Shown: in pieces, positions 1-13,650 of the stretch
Position numbering within the stretch: position 1 is the first letter of the stretch
How the letters are laid out: each line of letters starts with the position of its first letter
DNA from: Ancylonema sp.
Taxonomy: Eukaryota
Assembly (NCBI GenBank): GCA_050230475.1
Contig: JBFLGF010000023.1
Location: 1-64,000 of the forward strand
DNA: 64,000 nt
Direction: 5' to 3'
Program-made: the position numbers and the translations under genes
The notes under the pieces: model-generated
What the model was told of the DNA's origin: nothing
The model's database searches: none
Seen by the model: only the letters and a program-made list of their open reading frames with translations

Positions 1-863
1 TCCACTTTCAGGACCTGGCGGCGGGTTCCATCGATGTCCATGGGGACGACTTGCAGGTGAGAGGGGACCTGCTGGGGAAACTGGTCAGCAGCTCTGGCCT
101 GGGGGGGGATGTATGCAAGTTTGGAGGGTCGATCCAGACTGCTGGCAGCCATGCTATTCTCCACCTTCTTGACAAAGGCAACGTACTCAGAGAAGGTCTC
201 AAGGGGGTCTTGCACCTTGAGTATCTCTCGACGAAGCTCAGGTTTGAGCTTTTCGAAGAAGGTGTAGATGCTGGGGTGGTCAGGCCAGTGGGGAAAAGTC
301 TTGACAATTGCCCTAAACTGGACGGTGAAGTCTGACACTGAGCCTGTTTGTCTGAGCTCGCGCAGATGTCGTTCTTTGGTGAGGCGAGTGTCTCCCTCCC
401 CAAAGCAGTCCTAAAGATCTTTCAGCAGCCGAACTGCCCCAAACCCGTCCGGGAGGTCCCCATTGTCGTCTAGGTAGTTAGAGAACCACTTATAGGCAGG
501 TCCAGTGAGTAGGTTGCCAACGTAGTGGACGGTTTGAACAAGGTTGCTGAACCGTTTAGGAGCCAGCCTGAGCATAGAGCGGACCTGGTTGCAGAATGTA
601 GTGACATGCTTGGATGTACCATCAAACTTAGGGGGCTCAGATGGAACCAGGTCTTGGAGAGTAGAGATAGGCCGGGATTCTGGAGCGGCTGGATCAACGG
701 TAAAAGCCATGTAATTAGCTTCATAAGCGAATTGTTCAGAAAGCTTTGTAAATTTGCTCTTAATATCCTTGTTTTCATCCGCCAAAACTCTGAACTTTTC
801 ATCTTGAGATTGTTGCATCTGGCGTAAGACTTCCATGACTTCTTGTAAATTGGGAGAAGACAT
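1..863 (-). pseudogene. Ty3/gypsy (sushi/Tf1-like) retrotransposon gag remnant, cut by the window edge
   Basis: ORF 411-863 (PPKFDG...VGNLLTGPAYKWF) continues in frame past a TAG at 411-413 into LRELRQTGSVSDFTVQF and finally VPMDIDG near position 30, typical Ty3 capsid motifs. Confidence 0.8.
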
Positions 864-1435
864 GGTGGAATGGAAAGAAGATGAAAAAAAAGGCGGCTGA
901 ATGAATTTCAGATCCAGAATACTCTAAAAAAAAACCTCAAAAAATGTTAATTCCTATCAAAGTGTTAAGGGCGGATGCAAAAGATGTCCCTACCAAGCTA
1001 GTTGCAATGTGCACACAAGCAAGAGGATGGCGAAATGCCGGATAAGATGGCGTGAGCCGGATTGAATGGTTGTGGTAAAAATATGAGTGCAAGTACATGA
1101 GTTGATAGGAATGCTCTAGAGGCATTCCTATCAACTAGATATGGGAAAGTCGGCCCCAACCAACTCTAGGATCAATCTGGGATAACTCACTCTGAATATC
1201 TGAATATGGTAATGACACATCAAGTCTGGCTAAAAGGCATAACTGCCTGAGCTAAGGACACATCAGAATACTCCCTAGGGGCCAAACTGCCGCTAAGGAC
1301 ACAACTCTCACGATATAGGGACAGAACTCGCTATAGGGAAAACTGAGCTAGTAGCGCTCTAGCGCTAAGTGTGGGGACCTCGCTAGGGAGCCCTAGTGAC
1401 TCTAGCGAGGGTCCTAAAACACTAGTGGTCTCACT

Positions 1436-4400
1436 TTGCTAGCAGCTACCATCATCATGCCTCGGTCTCACAGTACCACAACAAACTTATCCACAGGCAT
1501 GATCTGGCATCACAAACTAGGTCACCCGGGTGCAGATGTAATGTCAGACTTTGTAAGACGTGGGGACATTCCTAAGTTAAGTTTGGAGGATTTAGTTGAG
1601 GTCAAGGGTGGTGGGGTTTGTTGTCACGGAAAGATGCAACAGTTGAGTCACGCCAAGGCCAGCGAAGATCTGGGGGCATGCCCCAAGATGGGACGCATTC
1701 ACCTGGATCTGATTGTACCTCTTTCCGTTAGGTCTGCTAATGGAGGTTTCACATATTCAAAGAAAGGGATTGAGGTGTCCACACGTCTGTCATTTGTCAC
1801 TCTACTAAAAACCAAGGATGAAGCACTGGACCGAGCAAAGGTCACTATACAGTTGCTCGAGGTACAGTCAGGGTTGCCACTACAATCTATCAGGAGAGAC
1901 AAGGGTGGGGAGTATGTGTCTCAGGACTAGATGAACTAGTGTGGTGGAAAAGGCATTGATAAACAAACCACAGATGCGTACAGCCCTTAGCATAATGGCA
2001 TATGTGAGAGACTGAACATGACTTTGACAAAAAAGATACGTTGTATACTGATCTGGTAAGGTCTACTGAAGTCTTATTGGGATGTCGCACTCTTGCATGC
2101 AAACTGGTTAAGGAACAGAACCCCAACTAAGTCGCACGCTCGCAAAATACCCATTGAAGTCTGGGAAGGAAAGAAGCTGAAAATGAACAAAAGTCGTAAC
2201 TTTGGGTGTGTGGTACAGTATTTGAAAGTAGGGGCGGACAAGAACAGGCAAGGGGACAAGTTTGCCCCACGCACTTACTTTGGTGTATTTTTGGGGATGG
2301 CTGCGGGGAGTGCAGGCTACAACGTGTTCGACCCTCATAAGGCGGGGGTGATAGCGCGCACGGACGTGCGGTTCTTCGAGGAAGTGCCGGGGTACCCGAA
2401 ACTGATGGGGGGGAGAGCTCCCGAGGTTGAGGCCAACGCAGAGAAACACTTCTTCTATCTGTTCCCCGACACCGGACGAGCCCCCAGTAGCAGTTGTGCC
2501 ACGAGCAACAGTTCCCCCAGTCATGCTAGCAATCGTCCCAGCAATGCCAGCACCAGCAATTCCAGCAACCCCAACGCCAGCAGCTGCCAACAACCCCGCG
2601 CACGTACACTTCCAGCCACAAGCTGCTCAGGTCACCATCGATGCGATTGAGCTGTCTAATAGCCAGTCGGGGATCAACAATGCACGAGGTGGAGATGGAG
2701 GGGAGGAGGAGGTGCAAGGAGGGGGTGCGAACCCGGGGGTGGGGGAAAGGGCGGCATAGTTGACAGGGTGAAGGCCAAAAGAAGGGCCAACTTTGCGCAG
2801 TATGGGGACATTTTGTGCTGCGATGGGGAGGAGATTAACGACGAGGCTCATGCCATCTATTCAGCGACCGAGTGGGAGCCCATTAGTTTCTTCACTGGCT
2901 TCAACGGTCCTGTGAATCTTGGCTACGCGTGCGTCGCATCGTCCACCAACTGCTCCGAGCCGCTCACCCTCAACCATGCCATGAGGAGGCCAGCCTGGGA
3001 CCAGTGGGACAGAGCCATCGTTGAAGAGCTCGGTGCCCTGGAGACGTTCAACACCTTCGAGGTGTGTGTTCTTCCTCTAGACAAAAAGGCTGTGGGATGT
3101 ATGTATTTAAGGTCAAAATCACACCTAAGGGGGATATTGAAAGATATAAAGTCAGACTGGTCGCACAAGGATTCTTACAGCAAGAGGGGATTGACTATAA
3201 TGAAGTATTTGCACCACTTATTGACAGTACATCTATCACACTACTCCTCGCTATAGCAAACCACTTTGATTGGGAACTAGAACAGATGGACGTAATCACA
3301 GCGTTCCTGCATGGACGTCTGGAAGAGGAAGTATATATGAAAATACCACCGCGTATATATATTGAGGGGGGTGCTGAGGGCAAGGTCTTGCGACTGAAGG
3401 GTGCTTTGTACGGACTGAAAAGGAAAAGCCATGTCTCGCAGGAAATGTTTAGGAAATTCATGCTTGCTGAAGGGTACAAACAGTGTCTCATGGATACTTG
3501 CATCTACATGAGGGGGGAGGGAAAAAACGTAATCATACTGGGCATTCATATTGATGATCAGGTCATAACAGGTCCTAACGCCATGGTGGTGAAAACAATT
3601 AAGGGGGACATGGATAAAAAGTTCAAGGTAAAGGATCTGGGTCCCCTAACCCATATCCTGGGGTTGGAAGTGAAAAGAGACAGACCACGAAGACTGCTCA
3701 CTCTGGGACAGCCGGGCTTCTTGAGGGGGGTGCTTGAACGGTACGGAATGGACGAGTGTAATCCAACTAAACTCCCACTCACCCGTGGCACACATTTTAC
3801 GCAAGATGATGAACCAAACCTTCCCCCCACCCTTGAAGAAATAACAGACTTTCGAGGAAAAGTGGGATCTCTCATTTACGCCATGGAGCAAACGAGAGTG
3901 GACATCGCATATGCACTGGGGGTACTGGCTAAACACATGAGCAATCCTGGGGTCGCGCACATAAGGGCTTTGCATCAGCTATTCAGATACTTGAAAGGGA
4001 CTGACAACCACGGACTGACGTTTGTGGGAAAAGACAGCTTTTGAGATCAAGGGTTACTGCGATGCATCATGGAACAGCTGCAGCATGACAGGAAAGTCAG
4101 CTGGATGGGTAACCACGGTGGGGGGAACAACACTGAGTTGGAAGTCACATAAACAATCCACCGTTGCACTGCTCAGGCTGAGTACATCGCTGCTTGTAGT
4201 GTGTCTAAGGAGTGTTGTTATCTAAAGTCGCTCCTGAAAGAGCTCCAGTTCCCGAATGAAATCACTGTCCACACTGATTCCACAACCGCCCTCTCCATGA
4301 TCCAGAACCCCGTGCAAAGACAAAAAGCAAAACATTTTAACGTCGAGTACCACTGGGTCAGGGAATGCCACAGCAGTGGGATACTGAGATATTTGTACCT

Positions 4401-4500
4401 TGCAGGGGCAAATCAACCAGCAGATATGTTGACCAAGGCTCTCCCACAGGTTTTACTGAACAGACACAACAAATGTCTAGGTTTTGGACGGTTATACTGA
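1436..4500 (+). mobile_element. Decayed Ty1/copia pol (GAG-pre-integrase, integrase, RT, RNase H), 5'-truncated
   Basis: WHHKLGHP; integrase core (IHLDL, RRDKGGEY); RT motifs YKVRLVAQGFLQQEGIDY, QMDVITAFLHG, ALYGLK, degenerate HIDD; RNase H KHFNVEYHWVRE and QPADMLTKAL. IN precedes RT (copia order). Several stops and frameshifts. Confidence 0.93.
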
Positions 4501-4501
4501 A

Positions 4502-4765
4502 CTGGGGGTGTCAGTCTTTTCTTTTATTTTATTGGCAGGGGGTGTGTTTTGTGTTTCTTTCATTCAGAAGTACACTTGAGGAGGTCACAAAAACTTCAGC
4601 CCATCCAGCTAAGTCACACTCTTGCCTTAACACCTCCTGAAAAACACTTAAGGACAGATCAGAAAGTGCAGATCTGCTCAGGTTTAAAGTTGTCAGTTTG
4701 CACTGAATTTTGTAATGTATGTTTCCATAAATGTTGCAAAACTTTTGTCAAAATTTGGTGCTGAT
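4502..4765 (+). repeat. Probable copia PPT and start of 3' LTR
   Basis: G-run followed by TG at 4509, immediately after the RNase H stop. Right boundary not defined. Confidence 0.4.
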
Positions 4766-6059
4766 CCATTTTTTTTTTCCGAATTTGGTGCTAAACGGTT
4801 TGGCAGTTTTGAGATTATGCTATTTTGAAATTTATAGACTGTAAAGTGTAAAAGTGAAAAAGTCAAAAAAAAAAAAAAAAACTTAAGTTTTTTTTTTTTT
4901 TGCCCGACTTGTGGTATTTTTTTGTTTGTTCAGGGCTTCGTCCCGAAAAAAGACTAAGGTACGGGAGCAATCGGCTGCATGACTTCTGATCGGCTGAGTT
5001 TTTAGATAGGGCCCCCTTGCACGCTGGTATGCTAGGGAAGACCACACTACTTTATGGGCTATGCAATGGTTCCGCCATGATTTAGTTACACAACTAGGGT
5101 AGTCCCTTGGATGTCTACATCGATGCCAAGTTTTGCATGGCATCCGAGGGGGTGTGTATGAATATTCGTATAGCCATGACTTATGCATGCTAGTCCGGTT
5201 GTGACCGGTTACTCTAACCAGACGCCATATTCCTAGATGTGCTTGTATGCGGGGCCGGCCACGATTGTGTCTGGGCATCTGATCTGTTGCCACGCTTGAT
5301 GTCGACACTTAGAGTCGTTAATAGCGGTTGGCGTACTAGACGTGTCTTGATTGGTTAGATCTAGTCATGTCAGGAGTGTCCGGCATGTGCCGTTGACACA
5401 TAGATGAGTTGTCACTCAAGGATAGGCCGACGGTCAATTGTACCGACCGTCGGCACACAACAATCTGTAAAGCGCATCGGGTATTACCATCCCCGATGCG
5501 ATCACAATTATTATTCGTTCCACACACGCAACTCTTGTCTCGTTGATCATCAGGTGATAGAGATCCCTTTGCGTACGGTTCGTTTGTCGACCAAATCTCT
5601 TGCACGTCTAATCTCAAAAGCTTAAATTGTTGACGTGGTGCCGCACTAGCCCAACCGCTATTCTTGCGTATGGTCGTACCAGGAACCAATTTGTTACTTT
5701 TGCGTGTGTGCTTCACCACAGAGTCGTTTCAATTAGCGTGCCGTCGCACCTACTCAACCAAAAGTCGTGATTTTTTGTAATGCTTGCCACACCGTTTGCA
5801 ACTTGTAATTCTTAGGCTGTCTATCCCAACAAGTATGATCATCATTTTCGTGGTTCACATTCTTCAGCTTCACACACTTCTTGAATGGCATTGAAGATCG
5901 ACTTTCCCTCGGCAAATTATAGGTCAACTTTTGCATCCTACACGTACCGACGTGACCCTCCAAAGCTTATAATAGGAAACACCGGAGAGATGCAGCGCCA
6001 AGAGGCAAGAGCACTGGACAAGTAAGAGGAGCGGACAAGTCTACCACTCGTGAGAGTAT

Positions 6060-6118
6060 GAGCCCAAGAGCCCAAGAGCCCAAGAGCCCAAGAGCCCAAG
6101 AGTGACCAAGAGCTCAAG
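6060..6118. repeat. Tandem octamer (GAGCCCAA)x5 plus degenerate units
   Basis: Read directly from the sequence. Confidence 0.9.
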
Positions 6119-7078
6119 TGATGAGTGCGGCGGGCCTCCCAAACTTGACCGATTTGATATTTAATGCTCAATATACAAGCCAACTACTATTGGCACATCG
6201 CCCTAGGGGCGGGCACGTTTAATTTACATTTGGGTTCGGAGACACTATTATGCATCCCGCTTTAATATGAAGTTGGAGCTTGTGAATTGGTACTGTATCG
6301 GGTATCGGAAATGACATGTTGGCCATTTAGAATGAGAATCCACTACCCCCCCTCGTATAATTGATAGAATGAAATCATCAAATTGATACCACTTAAAGTC
6401 TTTGGCACCTAATTTTTCATTATTTCACTCATATAAATTTTGAGTGGAACAAAAAATAATTATCCCGGTGTTAAGTGCTTGCATATTACTTCTGGATTTT
6501 GAACCATCTTCTGGACCATGGATGCAAGAATAACAATTGTCGCCTTCTTCAAGAATCAAAGAATCACAACATTACAAAGTTCACTGCAACCAAAGTAGGA
6601 ACTTTGTGATATAAAAATTGATTGAATTATCCAGAGGGCAACTCGTGCTCTAAACACACAAGCCACACAACGTAAGACAATGTTGGCGCCGAAAGAGGAT
6701 GAATGAGCTAAATCTCAATCTCATCGACAAATCATCGAAATCTATCGATACGTGGCTAAAATATGCCGACAATAGAACTTGTTATATTACCTAGAAATCC
6801 AAGTCAATATAGCACATTCGGCACATCGCCGGAAGCCAAGAATGAACTAGAAGATCAACTCGCTAAATCAACACTACCAAAATCCGATATAACGGTATTT
6901 CCTTGTTCCCATCCCAAACTCAACAATGCCATCCTTGCGGCATGTTTATGACGAGTTTATTTCATTGTGTACGTGTGTGACTTGCACGTTATCATGGTTA
7001 TTTGGCAGACAATTAAAGAATCATATGCATGAATGAGTGATTGTTGTAGAATGGCATCAACTGTTACAAAATACACTT

Positions 7079-7124
7079 ACACACACACACACACACACAT
7101 ACATACACACACACACATACACAC
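7079..7124. repeat. Imperfect (AC)n microsatellite
   Basis: Read directly from the sequence. Confidence 0.9.
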
Positions 7125-8637
7125 TTAAACATACTTAAATGACAACAATAAAATTTCACATGATACTAACACGGTGCTCAATTCAGTGGGACTTCATGTA
7201 TGCTTACATTATTGTTGCGAGATAAACTAACCTCCTCATGCCCCCCTCACACACAACTCTACACACAAAATAATAAATCACCCTTTTCCCCCTTCTAGAA
7301 GTTCATCTATTTTATTTCATTTTTCTTTATATATGTTGTTACACCAGGTGTAGAACGTGTTACCCGCGTTTTCCTATTTGTATAGTAATCTTGCAATCGT
7401 AAAACCAAGATTGTGTTGGTTTTTATTTTGACGTGAATTTTCGAGTTATTATTTATGTACGTGGAGAGAATGCAAATTGGAGATGAATAGATCAAGATTG
7501 TTACTAGATTGAGAGTAATAATATCGTATATAGTAATATAATTTGTGTTATAATGAATAATGTCGCAACATTGATTTTTCGACGGGTTGTCGATTTGTTA
7601 TTTGTTTTCATCGACATTGCAATAAATTGTTGGAGTGTCGATAAGTTGCTAAGTAATTTGGTGTGAGCAAACTAGTCATGTGTACGAGTGTCGGTACTAG
7701 GTCGACAAGTGGTGATATTTCGAATAGAGCGGAGTTATCCTTTAGAGTCTGCCGACGTGGATATCTAGTCATACATGTCATCCTGTCGATAGGGTTGGGC
7801 ACGATTGTGCCAGACATTGCTCGGAATATGTAAGCCGACTTTCGGCTAACACTCAATTAATTCCGTCTCACCAAAATGTTTGCTTTGCAAGTGATCTTTG
7901 CTTTGCGTGTAATTTGCATGGAGAAGTCTACTATCGTTGTGTTCTAGTTCAGAATATAGTCGATCCACTTCCAGAAAATGTCTGGAAGTCAACAGTTTGT
8001 CCGTCTAAATCCTCGACACCCCCCGTCCCGTCCCGTCTTGCCCCGCCCCGCCCCATCCTCCCTGGTTTGCGGGGGAGGAAAACTCGCCCATCGCTTTCGA
8101 AAGAGGGCGCCCGAAAAAGCCGCCCATCATTGGATGTCGGTGTCGCCGGATGTCGGTCGGTTTCTTCTCCGGAGAACAGCGTGTCCCCATGCACTGCAAA
8201 CTGTGCATCGCTGTCGTCCAGTCGTCGCATATAATCCACGTGCATATTTATACCCATTTTTTCGCCGTTAGATCCCATTCGTCTGGGACCGATATTCTGG
8301 CATCCCAGGATCCCAACATCCCAAGATCTGTACCGACCCTGGACAAAGACACAGCTCTCCCAGATTCCTGCCATAGTAGAACTTGCAGACCTGCCTCATC
8401 TTGGTTTGAAGGAAGGCTGGGGGTAAGCTTGAAGGATGGCGGCTACTTAGGACGCACTGAACGCTGCCGGGATGGATCATCTAGCTCTTTACTTGTCGAG
8501 ATCCGGCACGGAAGAGATTTTCAAGCCACCAATCCCGTGACTCTTTGTGAGGTGCTCCTCCTGGTACTCGCCCACAGCCGACCTGCCACGTGCCACTTTC
8601 TGTACTGGGAAGCGTTGGAAATGGTTCGAATTCGGGG

Positions 8638-11600
8638 ATGACGGGCAATGAGTTTGATCTCTCGACCTCCTCGGGGGGGGGCCACGTGGAGGACAGCCTG
8701 CGGGGGCAACTGCGCCGGATCTTGAACATCACCTTTTTTGGGCACGAGGAGGATGCACCCCAGACTTCCCGTCCACATCATGGCCGGTTTCCTGCAAGCG
8801 AAAGCGTTTCCGACCCCTCCCGAAGCCGGCTGGGCCGCGGCACTTCCTTCTACGGGGGGCCCATGGCGTTTCCCCGCCGGGCTCGCGCAAGGGGACGGCA
8901 GAATCAGGCGTGGTCAGCCATTGCGCCAAATAACAACTACCTGTTGATGTGGGAGCAGTTCCGCCTCATTCTGGCGGCCTCCTCTGCTGCCATCACGCCC
9001 TTCGAGTTCGGTTTCTTCCTGGGGGTGCCCCGCGAGCTCGTCGTGGTAGACACCGTCGTCAACTTCTTCTTTCTCGCGGCGATGGTGGTAACCTTCTTCG
9101 TGGCGGTGAAAGACAAGCGGACACTCACGCTCGTCGAAGACCGCAAACTCATCGCAAAGAGGTAAGACACGACCTGGAAACCTTCTGGGAACCTTCTGAA
9201 GACCCCCCTGGAAATCACTTGGAAACCATTTCGAACTCTTTTGAAATCGGCGGTTGTGGTCGGTGTGTGCTCTCAGGTACCTCCAGACGACCTTTCTACC
9301 GGAGCTGCTGGGGATCCTCCCCTGGTCCGTCCTGTACAACGTGAGAAGGCGGCAGGAAGAAGTTCCGAATCGTGTTCCACCGCCAATCTAACCCTCCCCC
9401 TCTCCGCAGGCAACGGGCGCGACCGGTTATGGCCCCGCCGAGATTCTTCGGTGGATGATCTGGTGCCGATGCTATCGGGTGGTCTACGTGGCAGGATTCT
9501 TTGAAAGGTACGGCCCCCCCAACCACTGCCCAAATCCCATCTCCCCCCCTCCCCCCACTCCCCCACCTCCAACCCCGCCCCCTCCCCATCCTTTTTCCTT
9601 TTCCTTGTCCTCCCTGTCCCTGCCACTGCCTCCAGACTGGAGCGCGACATCCGCCTGTCCTACTTCGTCATCCGCATCGTGAACCTGTTGGTGACGGAGC
9701 TGTGGTGCACCCACGTGGCGGGATGCATCTTCTACTACCTCGCCACCACGGTGCCCGCAGAGGAGTCGCTGGACACGTGGATGGGCGCGCTGGTGCTGGG
9801 GTCGAACGTGTACGTGGATTTCCGTAACCTGGACCTGGGGGTGCGTTACGTAACCTCCCTCTACTGGGCGCTCATCACCATGGCGACCATCGGGTACGGG
9901 GACATCCACCCGGTTAACACCCGCGAAATGGTGTTCGCCATGATCTTCGTTTCCTTCAACATGGTCCTCTCTGCGTACCTTGTGGGCAACATCACCGCCG
10001 TGATCGTCAAGGGAAGCCCCACGGAGACGTACCGCGACAAAAAGAGCGCGCTGGTGACGTACATGCACCGCAACAACCTCCCGCGCGGCCTACGTCAGCA
10101 GATGCGTCAGCACATACGACTGCAGTTCGAGACGCAATCGGGGGAGGAGGGCATCATGACCAGCTTCCCCGTCAGCATCCGTCAGAAGGTTGCTCGCGCA
10201 AGATTCCGCCAAGTGGTGGAGGGATGCTATCTATTCAAAAACTGCTCGCCGGAATTCGTGGACCAGCTTGTGGGTCGATGCACCCCCGAGTTCTTCATGC
10301 CCTCCGAACTCGTCATCGACCACAAGGACGCGGGCGACATCATGTACATCTTGTGCTACGGGGTGGTGGACGAGATTTACATGGGGAAGAACGGGGAGGA
10401 GGAGAGCTCGGAGGAACTGACACGTGGCCACGCCCTGGGTGAGGTGGCGCTGCTGTGCAACATCCCCCAACCGTTCAAGGCGCGCGTCAAGGAGCTCTGC
10501 CAGCTGCTGCGCATCGAAAAGTCGGTCCTGAACGCCATCCTGTGCACTTACATGGTGGACGGCCGTCAGATGGTCACCAACCTCATGGAGCGAATGAATG
10601 AAGAGTCCTCCAAAATATCTGAGCTCGCGGGTGAGGTCACGAACCTGATCAATCAACAGGAGGCCGAGATGGTGATGGCCACAATCAATGCTGCCTCAAG
10701 AGGCGACCAGAAGGGCCTCGAGCAGCTCATCAAGGTTGGGGCCAACCCCAACCACGCAGACTACGACGGGAGAACAGCCCTCGTAAGACACCCCCTCCCC
10801 CCCCCCTTTTGCCCCCTTCAAAAAAACCCAATTTTTTTTGTAACGAGTTCTGTGATATCTGATATCTGATATCCGGATTGTTTTTCCTGTACTCACATCT
10901 GCTGCTCTCCCCCTCCCCTTCCCCCCCCCTTGTGTGACCGCCACCTGGCAGCATCTTGCGGCCTCCAAGGGCTACGACGACGTGGTCAAGTATTTGATCG
11001 CCCACAAGGTGGACATCAACTGCAGAGACCACTTTGGCACCACCCCCCTCCTGGAAGCCCTCCGTGGGGGGAACGATTCCACTGCCGAGCTGCTGGCCAG
11101 TAAGGGGGGAGAGGTCTCCCTGCAGGAGGCGGGTAGCGACCTGTGCAATGCGGTTATCGGCGGCAACACGGGGCTGCTGCAGCGCCTGCTGCAGTTCGGA
11201 GTGGACCCCAACAGCGCGGATTACGATAACCGGGTGCCGCTGCACATAGCGGCAGCAGAGGGGTTTTTGTTGGTGGCAAGGATTTTGGTGGAAAACGGGG
11301 CAGATGTTTTCGCGCGGGACCGTTGGGGGAATACTGCGCTAGATGAGGCCAGGAGGAGTGGGGGCAGCTTGCCGCTTGTGCAGCTGTTGGAGGAGGCGAT
11401 GTTAAAGAAGGTTGGGGGGGGGGGGGGGGAGGGGGAGGGGGAGGAGGGACAGGTGGCGCAGGGTGGTGGCAGGGAGGAGAAAACAGAGGCGCCCCCCACC
11501 GACCATGACGTCATCACCGGCAACACGCTATCCATGGCGGCTGCGGCCGTGGCACAACACGTCAGCGCGACAGGGGAGGGGGGGGGGGGGAGCCCCGCGG

Positions 11601-12205
11601 TTGGTGGGGAGATCGGGGAGGCAGAGAAGGAGACAGATGAGGTGGCAGTGCGGGGGGGGGTGCTTTTCGCGCCCAAGGGGGGGGCAAGGAGGGTGTCTGA
11701 GGGGGAGCAGAGCAGACACGCGGAAAAACCAGGGACCTCGTTGGACGTGGAGGGGAGGGGGAAAAGTCTCCCCCCCAGGAGTGAGTCTGGAGACTACCGC
11801 TCCCAAATCAGTTCTTCTTCTCGGATCCCCCATTCTGGGGGGGGCACCCCCCGCCACTTGGAGTACCACAGGAGGCGGAGGGGGAGTGGGGGTTACGGGA
11901 CAGGGTTCAGCAGCGAAGCTAAGCGCAAGCGGGTGACCATCTACCCGTACCACCCGTGGAGCCACGCGAGGAAGGCGGGGCGGTTGGTGTTTGTGCCGCC
12001 CACCCTTAAGGACCTGCTGGCAATTGCCAATCAGCAGTTTGGGGAGGGGGGGGCTCCTTTTACTCGTGTCCTGGGCAGCGATGGTGGGGAGATTTCGATG
12101 ATTGATTTGGTGTTGGAAGGGGACCGTGAGTATATGGCAGGGGAGGAAGATCCGGAGGAAGAGAGAGGGGGGGGGGGAGCGGAAGGGGGAATGAGTGGGA
12201 GTTGA
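8638..12205 (+). CDS. Plant Shaker-type voltage-gated K+ channel, SKOR/GORK-like; 5 exons (8638-9161, 9277-9340, 9410-9507, 9636-10782, 10952-12205)
   Basis: Exons join in frame via GT-AG. Pore TMATIGYGD, S5 CTHVAGCIFYYLATT, S6 end IVKGS, cyclic-nucleotide-binding domain, ankyrin repeats (DYDGRTAL|HLAAS, DYDNRVPLHIAA), C-terminal KHA domain (RVTIYPYHPW...VPPTLKDLL). Start codon inferred. Confidence 0.93.
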
Positions 12206-13155
12206 GATGGGAGCGTGGGATGGTAGATTGGAAGGGGATGGGGAGGTGGGGGGGCGGAAGTGCGGCCTTGTTTCACTGAAACCGCAATAGCAAACTTTAG
12301 AGAGGAGTAGGAATGGGTGACGAGGGGCTACTACTTCTACTACGCAAATACTTGAGAATGTTGGAGGAGGTAGTTGACAGACAGTAATTGCATCCTGAAT
12401 TGTACTTCGGGAAACGTTGTAGGTACTCGTGTCATGATTAGTTTAAGGATGCCCTTGCTTATATATTATTAATTTTCAGTGCGTGGTACCCTAGGTACCT
12501 AAGGCAAATACTAGGTAGAGCTAAAGAATGAAGTAGAGGTCGGCTGAACTCAAGGTTGAGTTCCTCGGTGATATACTATTGCAGTGTATATTTATAACCT
12601 AGTTTGGCAGTACATACTCCTTGCAGCCTTTGTGTCCATTCGACACAATTGTGTGGAAGTGTTTAGACAACTTACTTTACTATGGATTCTCAGGACATGA
12701 AGGGGCTGGTTTTATTACTTTGTCGTCACCATATTTGATCCTAAAGATATAGAGCAGTTACATTGAAGGCCTCATCAAGAGATCAATGAGGCCAAAACCA
12801 TCAAATCTTTCCAACACACGAATGCGTATATCCTCGTTCAATGTGCGTGTTGTGTCCAAATGTTTGTCAAAGTCTCCCCTACTAGCGTTTTGTTGTGCGG
12901 ATCAACAAAGCCGTTCTAAAATTGGTCCATGTTTTCAAAGGAATGGTCTAGGTGAGGTGAATTGTAAACACGTCGCGCACTAACAGTATTGAAGGTGTGT
13001 CATGTTATTCCATTTACACACACTGTAAATGCTGACATGTTTGAAGGTGCAGGCAGCGTGAATGCTACCAATATCGCTGATCAGTGACACTCAATGTGAT
13101 ATTTCTGAATGGACGGTCAGCTTAACACGGAAAGAGACATGCCCTTAATCAATGG

Positions 13156-13403
13156 CATAGTTGCGTCCCGGACGCGAGGATACCGGACGCGTCCGGGACA
13201 CGTCCGGTCCCGGACGCAACTAAGATGCCTAAAAAAAAAAAAAAAAACATCAACCTTAAGCTACACAAATATGGGGGTTCCAAATATATGAATATCAGAT
13301 TTTGGCTCTGGCGTCGGGTCCGGGACGCGTCCAGGACGCGTCCGGGCCTGGACACGTTCCGGACGCGTCCGGAGATCCCCGGACGGTCCGGGACGCAACT
13401 ATG
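13156..13403. mobile_element. MITE with CATAGTTGCGTCCCGGAC TIRs (hAT-like)
   Basis: 18-bp perfect TIR; CCGGACGCGT subterminal repeats; flanks AATCAATGG/ATTCAATGG resemble a TSD; related copy at 25042-25237 in opposite orientation. Confidence 0.85.
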
Positions 13404-13650
13404 ATTCAATGGGTATTCTTAAACAACAAAACTAAGGTTTGCACATGTTCCAAAATTATCCTTGATTTTTAGTAACATGTATGAAGGTGGTACTAGCTAC
13501 CATTGCCAACAAAACAACCATTACACGTCACCACCACACCCTACTTGGTGTTTACGCTAATAAGTTTATAAGTACTCGAAAAGGCACACTTGACTCTATC
13601 ATTTATTCTTGAAGGAGCAACCATTATCACCCAATATCGCAAAAAGAGCG

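Noticed and set aside
1441..1451. Minus-strand TGGTAGCTGCT as PBS of the gag element
   Set aside because: No LTR end adjacent and only partial tRNA-Met similarity.
4903..7860. Short ORFs between the copia remnant and the K+ channel
   Set aside because: No recognisable domains; looks like heavily decayed repeat sequence that I cannot classify.
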